Part shown: positions 8,645 through 17,503 of the stretch, piece after piece
Layout of the letters: each line of letters starts with the position of its first letter
How positions within the stretch are numbered: the first letter of the stretch is position 1
The notes under the pieces: model-generated
The model's input: only the letters and a program-made list of their open reading frames with translations
What the model was told of the DNA's origin: nothing
The model's database searches: none
Made by a program: the position numbers and the translations under genes
Assembly: GCA_020848905.1 (NCBI GenBank)
Contig: JADLHG010000020.1
Location: 8,230 to 72,229, forward strand
Direction of reading: 5' to 3'
DNA: 64,000 nt
Source of the DNA: Deltaproteobacteria bacterium
Lineage (GTDB): Bacteria; Myxococcota_A; Polyangia; GCA-2747355; JADLHG01

Positions 8645-10144
8645 ATGCTGCGAACCCACGACGTCCCGAGGCGATCCCCGGCTGGCCTGGCGCTGCTCGG
8701 GCTGCTCTGTCTGAGCCTCACCCCCGGAACGCTGCGCGCCGCGCCCGAGCTCTCCCTCCGCACGAGCCCGACCCACGGCCTCTTCGTCTTCGTCGAGGCC
8801 CTGAGCGGCGTGCCGAACCACTCGCCGCTCTTCGCCGAGCTCTTCGCCAAGAGCCGCCACGACACGCCCGAGGCGCGCGCCCGCCTGCGCACCTATCGCG
8901 CGCTCCGGGACCGCTTCCTGCGCGGTGGCGGGCGCTACGCCGGCTACCCCGAAGAGCGCCGCGACATGGGGTGGGACGTGGCGCGCCTGGTGAAGCTGCA
9001 GAGTGCGCTGGCGCGGGACCTGCCGGACTTCGGCGGGCGCATCGCCACGCTTCTGCCGGTCGCGGAGCACCGCCAGTACCTGGAGCTCCTCGGCAGCTTC
9101 GAGCCCATCTATCGCGAGCTCGTCTGGAAGCCCAGCGAGCCGCGCCTGGCACGGTACCGGAAGGCGCTCGAGCAGCTCGCGCGGCGCATCCGCTTCCCGG
9201 AGCTCTTCGCGAAGCTCGCGCGCTTCTACGGCGCGGCCTGGCCCGAGGCGCAGCCCGTGGTCGTGGTGCTCCACCCGATCCCCGCGGCGCGAGGACGCAC
9301 GAACGCGACGATCCTCGGACCCGTGGCCAGCGTCGAGGCCTTGGTCGACGAGCGGGACCTGGTGGGCCGCTTCGGGGTGATCGTCCACGAGCTCTGCCAC
9401 GCGCTCTACCAGGCCCAGCCTCCCGAGAGACAGCGCGCGCTGCTCGGCGCCTTCCGTCGGTCGCCCTCGCCGTACGCGCCGCACGCCGCGGGGCTGCTCG
9501 ACGAGGCTCTCGCCACGGCGATCGGCAACGGCTGGGTGGAGCGCACGCTGCGCGGCACCGCGGACGAGAGCTGGTACGCCGACGAGGACATCGACCGCTT
9601 CGCCAAGCTCCTCGTCGGGCGCGTGGAGCGCTATCTGGAGGCGAAGAGGCCGCTCGACGAGGCCTTCGTGCGCGAGGCGATCGGGCGTGTGGCCGAGAAG
9701 ATGCCTGACGTGCGCGTGGCCTATCGGAGCCGCCTGAAGCGGGCCTTTCTCGCCACCGACGGCGAGACCTTCACCACCCAGGAGGGGGTGCGCCAGCTTC
9801 GCCGCGCCTTCACCGCGCAGTCGATCTTCCACAGCAGCCCGCTCGACCACGCGCAGACCGTGCAGGCCTTTCGAGAGGCGGGGCCCGAGGCGGCGGTGGT
9901 GCTCGTCGTGACGCCGCAGCGCCGCGCGCAGCTCCGGGGCCTGGCCGCCGCCGCGCCGCCGCTCGCGCGGTGGCTCAAGCAGCTCGAGGCGCAGCGCGGG
10001 TCCTTCGTCTTCGCCGCGGCCGACGAGAGGCAACGCCCCTGGGTGGTCGTCGTGGCGAGCAAGGTCGAGGAGCTCGAGCGGGCGCTGGCCGAGCTCAAGC
10101 GAGCGGGCAAGCCGGGGGCACGTCCTTGCATCACGGCGCTCTGA
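8645..10144 (+). CDS. hypothetical secreted protein with HExxH-like motif
   Basis: In-frame ATG at 8645 inside ORF 7946..10144; the upstream part is a shadow frame antisense to nirK. Signal peptide MLRTHDVPRRSPAGLALLGLLCLSLTPGTLRA|AP. VIVHELCHALYQ suggests a possible zinc-metallopeptidase-like site. Family not recognised. Confidence 0.6.
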   Translation: MLRTHDVPRRSPAGLALLGLLCLSLTPGTLRAAPELSLRTSPTHGLFVFVEALSGVPNHSPLFAELFAKSRHDTPEARARLRTYRALRDRFLRGGGRYAGYPEERRDMGWDVARLVKLQSALARDLPDFGGRIATLLPVAEHRQYLELLGSFEPIYRELVWKPSEPRLARYRKALEQLARRIRFPELFAKLARFYGAAWPEAQPVVVVLHPIPAARGRTNATILGPVASVEALVDERDLVGRFGVIVHELCHALYQAQPPERQRALLGAFRRSPSPYAPHAAGLLDEALATAIGNGWVERTLRGTADESWYADEDIDRFAKLLVGRVERYLEAKRPLDEAFVREAIGRVAEKMPDVRVAYRSRLKRAFLATDGETFTTQEGVRQLRRAFTAQSIFHSSPLDHAQTVQAFREAGPEAAVVLVVTPQRRAQLRGLAAAAPPLARWLKQLEAQRGSFVFAAADERQRPWVVVVASKVEELERALAELKRAGKPGARPCITAL

Positions 10145-10345
10145 GCGCCGGCCGAGGCCGCCCGCGCGGGGACCCACAGACGCGCCCTCGCCCCTGCGGC
10201 ATCCGTTCCAACAAGTGATGTATCTCCCCGGCTCTCGGCCAGTCTCTGTCCGTAACCTCTTGTAAATACTCCTCTGCGGGCTGGCCCAACGATTGCTGGA
10301 CGGCTCTCGCCGCGCCAGGGCGCGACGCGAGAGGAGGAGGAGAGC

Positions 10346-11677
10346 ATGAGGACCGGTCGATCGAAGGAGCGTGCGCGCTCGAATAGGTGCGGCAGTTCAC
10401 CGTGGGCGAGACGGGCTGCGTGCGTGACGGGGCTCGCGACGATGCTTGGCCTGGGGCTCGGCTGTGGCGGTCCGGACGAGGAGCTCGAGTCCGAGCGCGA
10501 GACCTCGGGGGTCAAGGCCGCGCCGTGCGTTTCAACCGACAGAGTGGTGCGGACCCCGCTCCTTTTGCGCGTGAGCCCGGCCGTCACGGGACGCGTGCTC
10601 GCAACCCTGCCCGCGAGCCAGCGCGGCACCGCGCTCGAGGAGGTCCTCCGCGGGGGAATCCGCTGGACGCACCTGCGCACCCTGGTAGGGGGCAGCGAGA
10701 AGGTCGGCTGGAGTCGCTCGGCCGGGCTTGCGTGCGCGTCGCAGCCGCCCCCGGCCCCCCTGCCGGCAGGCCCGGCCTGCCTGCGCCGTCCGCCGCTCTC
10801 GAAGATCGGCTTTCACGTCGGCCCGAACAACAACGATCAGTTCGACCCGAACGCGCGCTTCGGGCTCGGCGATTGGATGCGCGCCCTCGACGGGGCCTGC
10901 ATTCCGTTCTACCTCAAGTCCGCGGACAGCTACGGGCAGATCAACGACGGCGTGGCGCTCAAGCGCAAGAGCGGCGTCCCGCACGAGCTCGTCTTTCGCT
11001 TCAGCAACCGCGGGGACTACGAGTACGACGTTCCGCTCTACACGCTCCCGCCGCGCGATGCGGCGCGCCTGCACTGGGAGCGCACCAAGGCGATCCTGCC
11101 GCCGGAGTTCGTGGCCGGTGACCACAAGCGGGACGTCTGGCTGGAGGTGATCAACGAGGTCGACAAGAGCCACGCCACGCCCCAGAACGATTGGCTGGCG
11201 GAGTTCGCCGTGCACCTGGCCGAGCAGTCGCTCGCCGAGGGGTACAGGGTCGCCATGTTCGGCTGGTCGAGCGGCGAGCCCGAGCCGTCGAGCTGGACCA
11301 CGCCCTGGATGCGGCGCTTCCTCGCGCTCTGTGCGGCGAACCCCGAGAAGCTCGCCGTGTCGCTCCACGAGTACAGCTACAACAGCGACACGCTCTTCGC
11401 CGACTGGGGGAGCTTGCTCGGGCGCTTCCTCAAGCTCTTCGCCGCCTGCGACGCGATGGGGATCGCGCGGCCGACGGTGCACATCACCGAGTTCGGCTGG
11501 GGAGCGGGAGATTCGCCCGCCGCGACGGTTTCCCTGCCTCAGCTCGTCGAGGCCGCCGGGCGCTATGCCCCGTACCCCCAGCTGCGCGGCGCGGCGCTCT
11601 GGACCCTCGGCTGGGGCGGCTACAAGAACCTGAGCCAGGTCATGAAACCGCTCACCGAGGCGACCCTGGCGCAGTGA
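10346..11677 (+). CDS. lipoprotein with SH3-like domain and clan GH-A (TIM-barrel) glycoside-hydrolase-like domain
   Basis: ORF 10346..11677. A purine-rich SD (AGGAGGAGGAG) lies just upstream. Lipobox LGLGC|G. SH3-like segment RVSPAVTGRVLATLPASQRGTALEEV. LEVINEVD (acid/base Asn-Glu) and VHITEFGWG (nucleophile Glu) fit clan GH-A. Confidence 0.65.
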   Translation: MRTGRSKERARSNRCGSSPWARRAACVTGLATMLGLGLGCGGPDEELESERETSGVKAAPCVSTDRVVRTPLLLRVSPAVTGRVLATLPASQRGTALEEVLRGGIRWTHLRTLVGGSEKVGWSRSAGLACASQPPPAPLPAGPACLRRPPLSKIGFHVGPNNNDQFDPNARFGLGDWMRALDGACIPFYLKSADSYGQINDGVALKRKSGVPHELVFRFSNRGDYEYDVPLYTLPPRDAARLHWERTKAILPPEFVAGDHKRDVWLEVINEVDKSHATPQNDWLAEFAVHLAEQSLAEGYRVAMFGWSSGEPEPSSWTTPWMRRFLALCAANPEKLAVSLHEYSYNSDTLFADWGSLLGRFLKLFAACDAMGIARPTVHITEFGWGAGDSPAATVSLPQLVEAAGRYAPYPQLRGAALWTLGWGGYKNLSQVMKPLTEATLAQ

Positions 11678-11778
11678 GGCGCGGCCGTCCGGCACGTTCC
11701 CGCCTTCCCGCCTTCCCGCCCCGCCCCCGGCTCTGGTCCCCGCCCGTGCTACGCTGCCTGCCTTCTGCGGAGGAGCTG

Positions 11779-13314
11779 ATGCGTCGGACCAACGTTGCTG
11801 AGTGGTCGTTTGCCCTTTTAGGAAGCCTGGTGCTGAGCGTGCTCGCGGGCTGCAAAGCGTCCAAGGCGGGTCCCAGCCTCGGCCAGCTCGGCTCGCTGCA
11901 AGAGCCAGCCATGTACACGCAGCTCGGGCGACTGGCGTTCCCCCACCAGATCCGGCCCGCGGTGCGCGCGGTGGTGCCTGCGCTCGAGGGGCTCGACGAG
12001 TCGACGCTGCTCGCGCCCTTCGAGCTCGAGCCCACCTCCGAGGACGACATGCTGCTCGTCGTCGCCGCGCAGGGGCTCGAGCGGGCCGGCTCGCCGGCCG
12101 CCGTGGCGCGGCTCGAGACCTGGCTCGACGCGCAGCTCCTGGCGCCGACCTGGTGGAGCCAGCACGCCGTGACGCATACGCTCCGCGTGCTGACGGGCAA
12201 GCCCACCAATGCTCGCTACTACACCTACGGCATCGACGAGATGCTGCAGGTGCTGCCGACGCGCACGAGCTCCTCGACGAAGCGCACCGCTGCGCTCGTG
12301 GCCTGCCAGAAGGCCGGGAGCGACACGCTGCGCACGGTCACCTTCAGCGGTACCGATGCGCGCAGCGGCCAGCCAGCCCGGGTGGAGCTGTCGATCCGGC
12401 AGCCGGCCCGCGACTTCGACCTCACGCGCGCCGCCGTGGTGGACGCCGTCGCGCGGTACGAGCGCGGCGACGAGGAGAACTGGGGGGGCCCCGACGGCTA
12501 CGCGCCGATCACGCCGGCGGGTTGGCCCGCGGGCATGTCGCGTTTGAGCAACTGCGCGGGCACGGTGCTGCGCTGGATCTTGATGAAGCATCCGGGGCTG
12601 CCGTCGCACGAATCTCTCGACCCGTTCACCGCCACGGCGAGCGACGTGGACAAGCTCTGCCAGACCTTCAGCGCGGGCTCGGGCACGGCCGCCGAGGCCG
12701 AAGTGGGCACGATCATCATTCATCGCGCGAGCAAGGAGGCCGCCGACCACGTGGAGGTGGTCGTGGAGGTGCGCGCCGCGACGCGCGAGCTCGTCGTGTG
12801 GGGCAAGGACAACTTCGGCAAGCTGCGCGAGCACGTCGTGCGCATGGACGACCCGTATCCGGCGAGCGATCCCGCGAGACGCGTGCACAGCTACGCGCAG
12901 GACTACTGCAAGCTCAAGAACATCACCAAGGTCGAGGACCCCGACGTGTGTCACGCCCCGACGGCGGACGGCGGTGGGGCGGCGCGTGATGGCGGCGTGC
13001 GCGACGCTGCGCCGCCGCGCCGCGACGCGGCCCAGTGCCCGACGTACAAGCCCACCGTCGGAATGTGCGCCGGGCAAGGCGGCTGTCCCGCAGGCGGTGC
13101 GCCGTGTCCGTGCGGGCCGGGCGGGGAATTCTGCTGTGTGGAGGGCTTCTGCTGGGACCGCGGGCCCGTGGCGTGCAAGCAGGCCACCTGCCCGGCGCGC
13201 GCCGGCCGAACGTACACCGGCGATTGCTGCTGCAACTGCTGGGACGACCAGACCTACGTCAACGTCTACGACCCCTGTCGGCCGGGCTATCTGCTCCGCT
13301 GCGATCCTAAGTAG
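11779..13314 (+). CDS. lipoprotein with possible Cys/His hydrolase core and Cys-rich C-terminal module
   Basis: In-frame ATG at 11779 in ORF 11191..13314. Lipobox in MRRTNVAEWSFALLGSLVLSVLAGC|K. SNCAGTVLRW ... GTIIIHRASKEAADHVEVVV is a candidate papain-like Cys/His pair (unverified). The last ~93 aa contain 16 Cys (CPCGPGGEFCCVEGFCW...GDCCCNCW). Confidence 0.6.
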   Translation: MRRTNVAEWSFALLGSLVLSVLAGCKASKAGPSLGQLGSLQEPAMYTQLGRLAFPHQIRPAVRAVVPALEGLDESTLLAPFELEPTSEDDMLLVVAAQGLERAGSPAAVARLETWLDAQLLAPTWWSQHAVTHTLRVLTGKPTNARYYTYGIDEMLQVLPTRTSSSTKRTAALVACQKAGSDTLRTVTFSGTDARSGQPARVELSIRQPARDFDLTRAAVVDAVARYERGDEENWGGPDGYAPITPAGWPAGMSRLSNCAGTVLRWILMKHPGLPSHESLDPFTATASDVDKLCQTFSAGSGTAAEAEVGTIIIHRASKEAADHVEVVVEVRAATRELVVWGKDNFGKLREHVVRMDDPYPASDPARRVHSYAQDYCKLKNITKVEDPDVCHAPTADGGGAARDGGVRDAAPPRRDAAQCPTYKPTVGMCAGQGGCPAGGAPCPCGPGGEFCCVEGFCWDRGPVACKQATCPARAGRTYTGDCCCNCWDDQTYVNVYDPCRPGYLLRCDPK

Positions 13315-13322
13315 CGCTCTGA

Positions 13323-14819
13323 CTAGCGCCCCTGCAGGGCCTTCAGCAGCGCCAGCATCGTCAGCGGGTTCTTCTCGAAGGCGGCCTTGAGCGTGGCTTC
13401 GCTCTCGAACACAGCCAGGCCGAGCTTCTCCGGGTTACGCTCGGGGTGGGTCCCCGTGATGTTGGTGGCGTGGCCCAGAACCCATCCGTAGAGGTCGAGC
13501 GCCCGCGCGACGGTCAGATTGGTGCCGACCTGCATCCGGCCGGTGGTCCAGGCCGTGTTCTCGTTGATCCCATAGCCGTAGGCCTCGATCGTCAGCTTGG
13601 GCATCCGGGCCAGAACCTGCGGGTCGATAGTGCGCTCCAGAATCCCCCACGCCGTGTCGAGCGTCTCCTTGAGGCCGGCCAGGCCCTCGCCGCGGGACTT
13701 GACCGTGAGGTACGTCGAAGGACGTGCCCGCGTCGGCTGCTCCGGAGCACGCCGCGCCAGGGTCTGGCGCGCGACGGCCTGCGCTACTTCGGGCCGCCGG
13801 AGCTCCGCCGCGACGTAGCTTCGGAGGACCCGGGCGACGCCCGAGTGATCCGCGACGATCGAGGCCTCGAGGAGCGACGCGGTTCGCATGAGGAAGGCGA
13901 GCTGTCGGGCAGGCGTCGGCTCCTTGGCGGCCTCGCGGAAGATGGGCAGGGCGCGCTGCATGTTCAGCTCGTTCTCCCGGGCGCGCGAGTAGCCGGCGTT
14001 GTTCATGGTGACCAGCAGCCCGAACATGGTGCTGGAGACCTGTCGCTCCTTCGCGACCAGGGATTCGATGATCTTGTCCGACTCCTTGGGACCGGAGAGA
14101 TCGGGGATCACGAGCTGGCTGATCGGGAGCGGGTCGAAGTCCTTCGCGGGGGTCGCGGGCGAACGCAGCAGGGCGCGCGTGGCCTCCAGGGCGTGGCCGA
14201 CCACGTCGTGGGGCTCGACCCCGCCCTTGTACGCCGCGACGAGCTTCTCGAGCAGAGCCTTCCTACGGCTGGCGACCGTCGTCGGGCGGAGGGCCGCGCC
14301 GAGGACTTCCCGCGGGCGGCTGTCCTCGGGGAACACGCGCCGCACGAGCGACAGCAGGGCGTCCACCAGGGAAAAGGACTTCGACGGGGGCTTCAGAGCG
14401 GGAGTGCCGGAAAACGCCGGGTTTCCGGCCCGCGCGTGCTCTTCCGCGCGGGAGAGCCGGACATACGCCCCCTGGCTCGGGGCTGCGGTGTGAGAGGCCT
14501 GCACGTTGTCGAGCAGACGCTGCCCGAGCCGCGTGCGGCCCTTAGCGTCGTAGGGCTCCTCGAGCTCCTTGCGGAAGAGCTCCACTACCTTTGCGTCCGG
14601 TTCCGGCACGTGGACGCCGAGGCGCAGTGCCTGGAGTTGCTGCGCCTGCGCGCGCGTGATGTTGAGCGTGCGCGCGATGGTCACCGACTCGGACTCCGCG
14701 CGCGGTTTCGGCTGGACGCGAATGTGATCGCTGCCGCGGCGCTCGGCCAGGGCGGGAACGCTCGCGAGGCAGGCCGCGGTGACCACCAGGATCGATAGTT
14801 TTCGGGTCGTTCGTCTCAT
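13323..14819 (-). CDS. hypothetical secreted protein
   Basis: ORF 13323..14849. Internal ATG at 14819 gives the signal peptide MRRTTRKLSILVVTAACLASVPALA|E. No family recognised. Confidence 0.55.
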   Translation of the reverse strand: MRRTTRKLSILVVTAACLASVPALAERRGSDHIRVQPKPRAESESVTIARTLNITRAQAQQLQALRLGVHVPEPDAKVVELFRKELEEPYDAKGRTRLGQRLLDNVQASHTAAPSQGAYVRLSRAEEHARAGNPAFSGTPALKPPSKSFSLVDALLSLVRRVFPEDSRPREVLGAALRPTTVASRRKALLEKLVAAYKGGVEPHDVVGHALEATRALLRSPATPAKDFDPLPISQLVIPDLSGPKESDKIIESLVAKERQVSSTMFGLLVTMNNAGYSRARENELNMQRALPIFREAAKEPTPARQLAFLMRTASLLEASIVADHSGVARVLRSYVAAELRRPEVAQAVARQTLARRAPEQPTRARPSTYLTVKSRGEGLAGLKETLDTAWGILERTIDPQVLARMPKLTIEAYGYGINENTAWTTGRMQVGTNLTVARALDLYGWVLGHATNITGTHPERNPEKLGLAVFESEATLKAAFEKNPLTMLALLKALQGR

Positions 14820-14848
14820 GGCCAACGCCTGATGCAAGCGCAAGACCA

Positions 14849-14875
14849 ATAGATATAATAGATATTACAGGATGT
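14849..14875. promoter_or_regulatory. AT-rich patch with tandem AATAGATAT x2 and a TATAAT hexamer in a divergent intergenic region
   Basis: CAATAGATATAATAGATATTACAGG stands out in ~70% GC DNA. It contains TATAAT on the + strand and TATTAT/TAATAT on the - strand. It lies 30-55 nt upstream of the 14819 start codon on the - strand. Confidence 0.25.
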
Positions 14876-15121
14876 TAGGCGCGTGAGGGGCTGGCCGCCG
14901 GGCTAGCCGGCCGGGGAAGAAATGGATCGCGCTGATGCCATGCGTCGGCGTGGACTCCAGAGCCCCCACGGTGCGAGCCGGTCGCGCGCCGCGCTCCAAT
15001 ATATGAAGGCTCCGTCGGCGAGGCTCCGGCTCCGAGTCCAACAACCGTTGCAATATCGAAGCTATCTTCTGGATATTCGTTGCTTCGCGCGGGGCACGGA
15101 TCCTGCGTCGCTCAGTCCTCC

Positions 15122-15940
15122 ATGCGTGTGCGTGCCGTCTCCGTCCTGGCCTTCGCAGCCCTGATCCTCCAGTCCGGCGTCGCGCCGGCGAACCCCACCC
15201 TTCAGACCCGCGCGGCCACGCAATTCCTGGCCGGCGCCCCCCGCGAGGTCCGGCGCCTGCTCTGCAGCGACCCGGGGAGCCGTCCCGCCCTCGTCGCGCT
15301 CGGCGAGGTGCTCGAGCGCAACACCGTCTCGCGGCAGCTCCTCTTCGGGGCGGTCTCGAACATCCACAACCTTCCGTTCATCGTGCCGGCGCTCAAGGCC
15401 CTGCCGATCGTCGACCGCATCGAAGGGGTCGGCTTCGTGCTGGAGCGCCTCGCCTCCTCGGGTGGGGCGAGCGCGAGCTCGGGCCCGGCGTTCGAGCTCG
15501 TGGCGGGCGCCGCGCTCTCGCGGTGGGCCACCCGCCCCGAGCAGCGCCTCGTGGGCATCGGTACGACGGTGGGCGGCCACGAGCTGGATGGCCTCCTCAG
15601 CGACGGGACGCGGGTGGAGATGAAGCACGTGACTCCCGGCGCCGACCCTGCCGTGGGCGCCATCCGGCTGCGGCGCACCCTCGAGCGCGCGCAGGTCCAG
15701 CTCCAGCGGCGCTGCGAGCGGGGCCAGCCGGCGATGCTCGTGCTACCCGAGCTGCCCGGCGACGCTACGGGAGCCTTTGCCGCGCTGGCGCACGCGCTGC
15801 GCGGTCCGCTGACGGTCATGGCCGTGGACGTGGAGCGCTGCACGGCGAGGCAGGTCTTTCCCGCCCTGCGCCCGGCGCGGGACGCGGGCGAGCGCGCGCG
15901 GCTTCAGGCCCAGCCGCAGCCCGCCTTCGCCGCGCCGTAG
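15122..15940 (+). CDS. hypothetical secreted protein (possible PD-(D/E)xK-like motif)
   Basis: ORF 15080..15940. ATG at 15122 gives the signal peptide MRVRAVSVLAFAALILQSGVAPA|NP. GHELDGLLSDGTRVEMKH fits a D...E-x-K nuclease-type pattern, but this is weak evidence. Confidence 0.5.
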   Translation: MRVRAVSVLAFAALILQSGVAPANPTLQTRAATQFLAGAPREVRRLLCSDPGSRPALVALGEVLERNTVSRQLLFGAVSNIHNLPFIVPALKALPIVDRIEGVGFVLERLASSGGASASSGPAFELVAGAALSRWATRPEQRLVGIGTTVGGHELDGLLSDGTRVEMKHVTPGADPAVGAIRLRRTLERAQVQLQRRCERGQPAMLVLPELPGDATGAFAALAHALRGPLTVMAVDVERCTARQVFPALRPARDAGERARLQAQPQPAFAAP

Positions 15941-15963
15941 CCGACCTCCCTGAGTGGGCCCGC

Positions 15964-17292
15964 CTACCTGAGCGAGCCGCAGTCCGCGAGGTGGAAGAAC
16001 AGGTATTCGAGGATGCGCTCCTGCGGCACGAAGGGGGCGCTCGGCGACGAGTTGTACGGGACCGTGTGGTACGAGTTGTAGACCACCCGGCCGCACTTCT
16101 TGCCGCCGCCGAGGTCCGCGTCGAAGCTCACCGAGAGCGGCCGCGCGCCCGAGCCGCCCTTGAAGGACACGTTGCCTTCCACCCAGACCTTGGTCCCCGC
16201 GGCGGCGCCGTGCATCACGGCCCAGTTGCTGAGCCACCCGGTGATCGGGATCGTGCCGTCCGGCCGCAGCGTGTTCGGGAACTGACTGAGCCAGCGCTTC
16301 AGGTCGGGGTCGGGGATGTTGGCCGCGAGCGAGGCCGCGTACTCCCCCCGCTCGGCCGCGTTCGCCGGGCCCTGGGGCGTCCCTCCGGTGGCCGCCGCCG
16401 CCCCGGTCTCGAAGTCCACCGCCAGCGGGAAGCTCCACTCCACCACCTCGTAGGCCATGTCATCCACGAAGAGGCGTCCTCCGCTGCGCACGAAGGCCTC
16501 CAGGTTCTTGCCCCAGGTGCCGCTCTGGAGCGAGCCCTCGTAGCCGTTGCGGCAGTTGAAGAGCACGATGTTGTACTCCGCCAGCTTGGCCGGGTCGGAG
16601 AGGATCGCGCTCACCTTGGGCATCGCCGTGCCGCCGCTCGAGCTCCCTTCCTTGCCGTCGAAGAGATCGAACTCCTCGATACCGATCTTGCTCAGCACGT
16701 CCTGCATGCGGTCCACGATCCCCGTCGCCACCGCGATGCGCGGCAGGTCTCCCTCGGCACGCTTGCGCGGTAGCCGCGTGGCCTCGGGGGGCACCACCGT
16801 GTCCTTGCCGCAGCTCGCGGTCACGGTGGCGATGCGCCGGAAGTAGCCGTGCTGCACGACGAGCTTGATCTCACCCACCGGCGTCTGGCGCAGCGTGAAG
16901 CGCCCCTCCGCGTCCGTGCGCGCCACCGCCCACACGCCGGACGACGGCGTCTTGCAGAGCTCGCACTGGTTACCCTTGCCGAGGGCCTGCGGCTCGCCGT
17001 GCGGGACGTACACGAGCGCGCCCGCGACGGGATCCTGGCCGTTGGGGGCGAGCACGCGCCCCGAGAGCGCAGGCAGCGTTTGGTTCGCCGGGCACGGGTT
17101 CGGAATGCCGCTGTCCAGGTGGCCGAGATCCGCAAAGGGACTCGGCCCACCGTCGCTCGCGTTGCCACCGCCACCATCCCCCTGCGCCACGCTCGCGTCG
17201 CTATCGTTCCACTGCGACGGCCCGTTCGAGCAGCTCGCGAGGCTGCCGATTCCGAGGGCGAACGCCAGAGCACGACTGCGTGTCACGTGCAC
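15964..17292 (-). CDS. lipoprotein with carboxypeptidase-regulatory-like beta-sandwich segment
   Basis: ORF 15964..17364. In-frame GTG at 17292 or 17286 gives (M)HVTRSRALAFALGIGSLASC|S with a lipobox; the ATG at 17364 is an alternative start. LSGRVLAPNGQDPVAGALVYVPHG is CarboxypepD_reg-like. The rest is unassigned. Confidence 0.6.
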   Translation of the reverse strand: MHVTRSRALAFALGIGSLASCSNGPSQWNDSDASVAQGDGGGGNASDGGPSPFADLGHLDSGIPNPCPANQTLPALSGRVLAPNGQDPVAGALVYVPHGEPQALGKGNQCELCKTPSSGVWAVARTDAEGRFTLRQTPVGEIKLVVQHGYFRRIATVTASCGKDTVVPPEATRLPRKRAEGDLPRIAVATGIVDRMQDVLSKIGIEEFDLFDGKEGSSSGGTAMPKVSAILSDPAKLAEYNIVLFNCRNGYEGSLQSGTWGKNLEAFVRSGGRLFVDDMAYEVVEWSFPLAVDFETGAAAATGGTPQGPANAAERGEYAASLAANIPDPDLKRWLSQFPNTLRPDGTIPITGWLSNWAVMHGAAAGTKVWVEGNVSFKGGSGARPLSVSFDADLGGGKKCGRVVYNSYHTVPYNSSPSAPFVPQERILEYLFFHLADCGSLR

Positions 17293-17503
17293 TACGCACC
17301 TCCTTGCATGTGGGGTTGACAACGAGCGCACTATACGAAACGCGCTTCGAACCTCACAAGACACATTCGCGCGGATGGGGCGTTTGCGTGCGCTTTACGC
17401 GGCGCGATGGGGGTTTTGTCTCCGAGTCGGAGCTCTCGATCGGGGGGTTTACTCCCAGGCTCGTCGGACGCGAGGTGTGCGGTGCGCGAGCGCGCGCCGT
17501 CGG

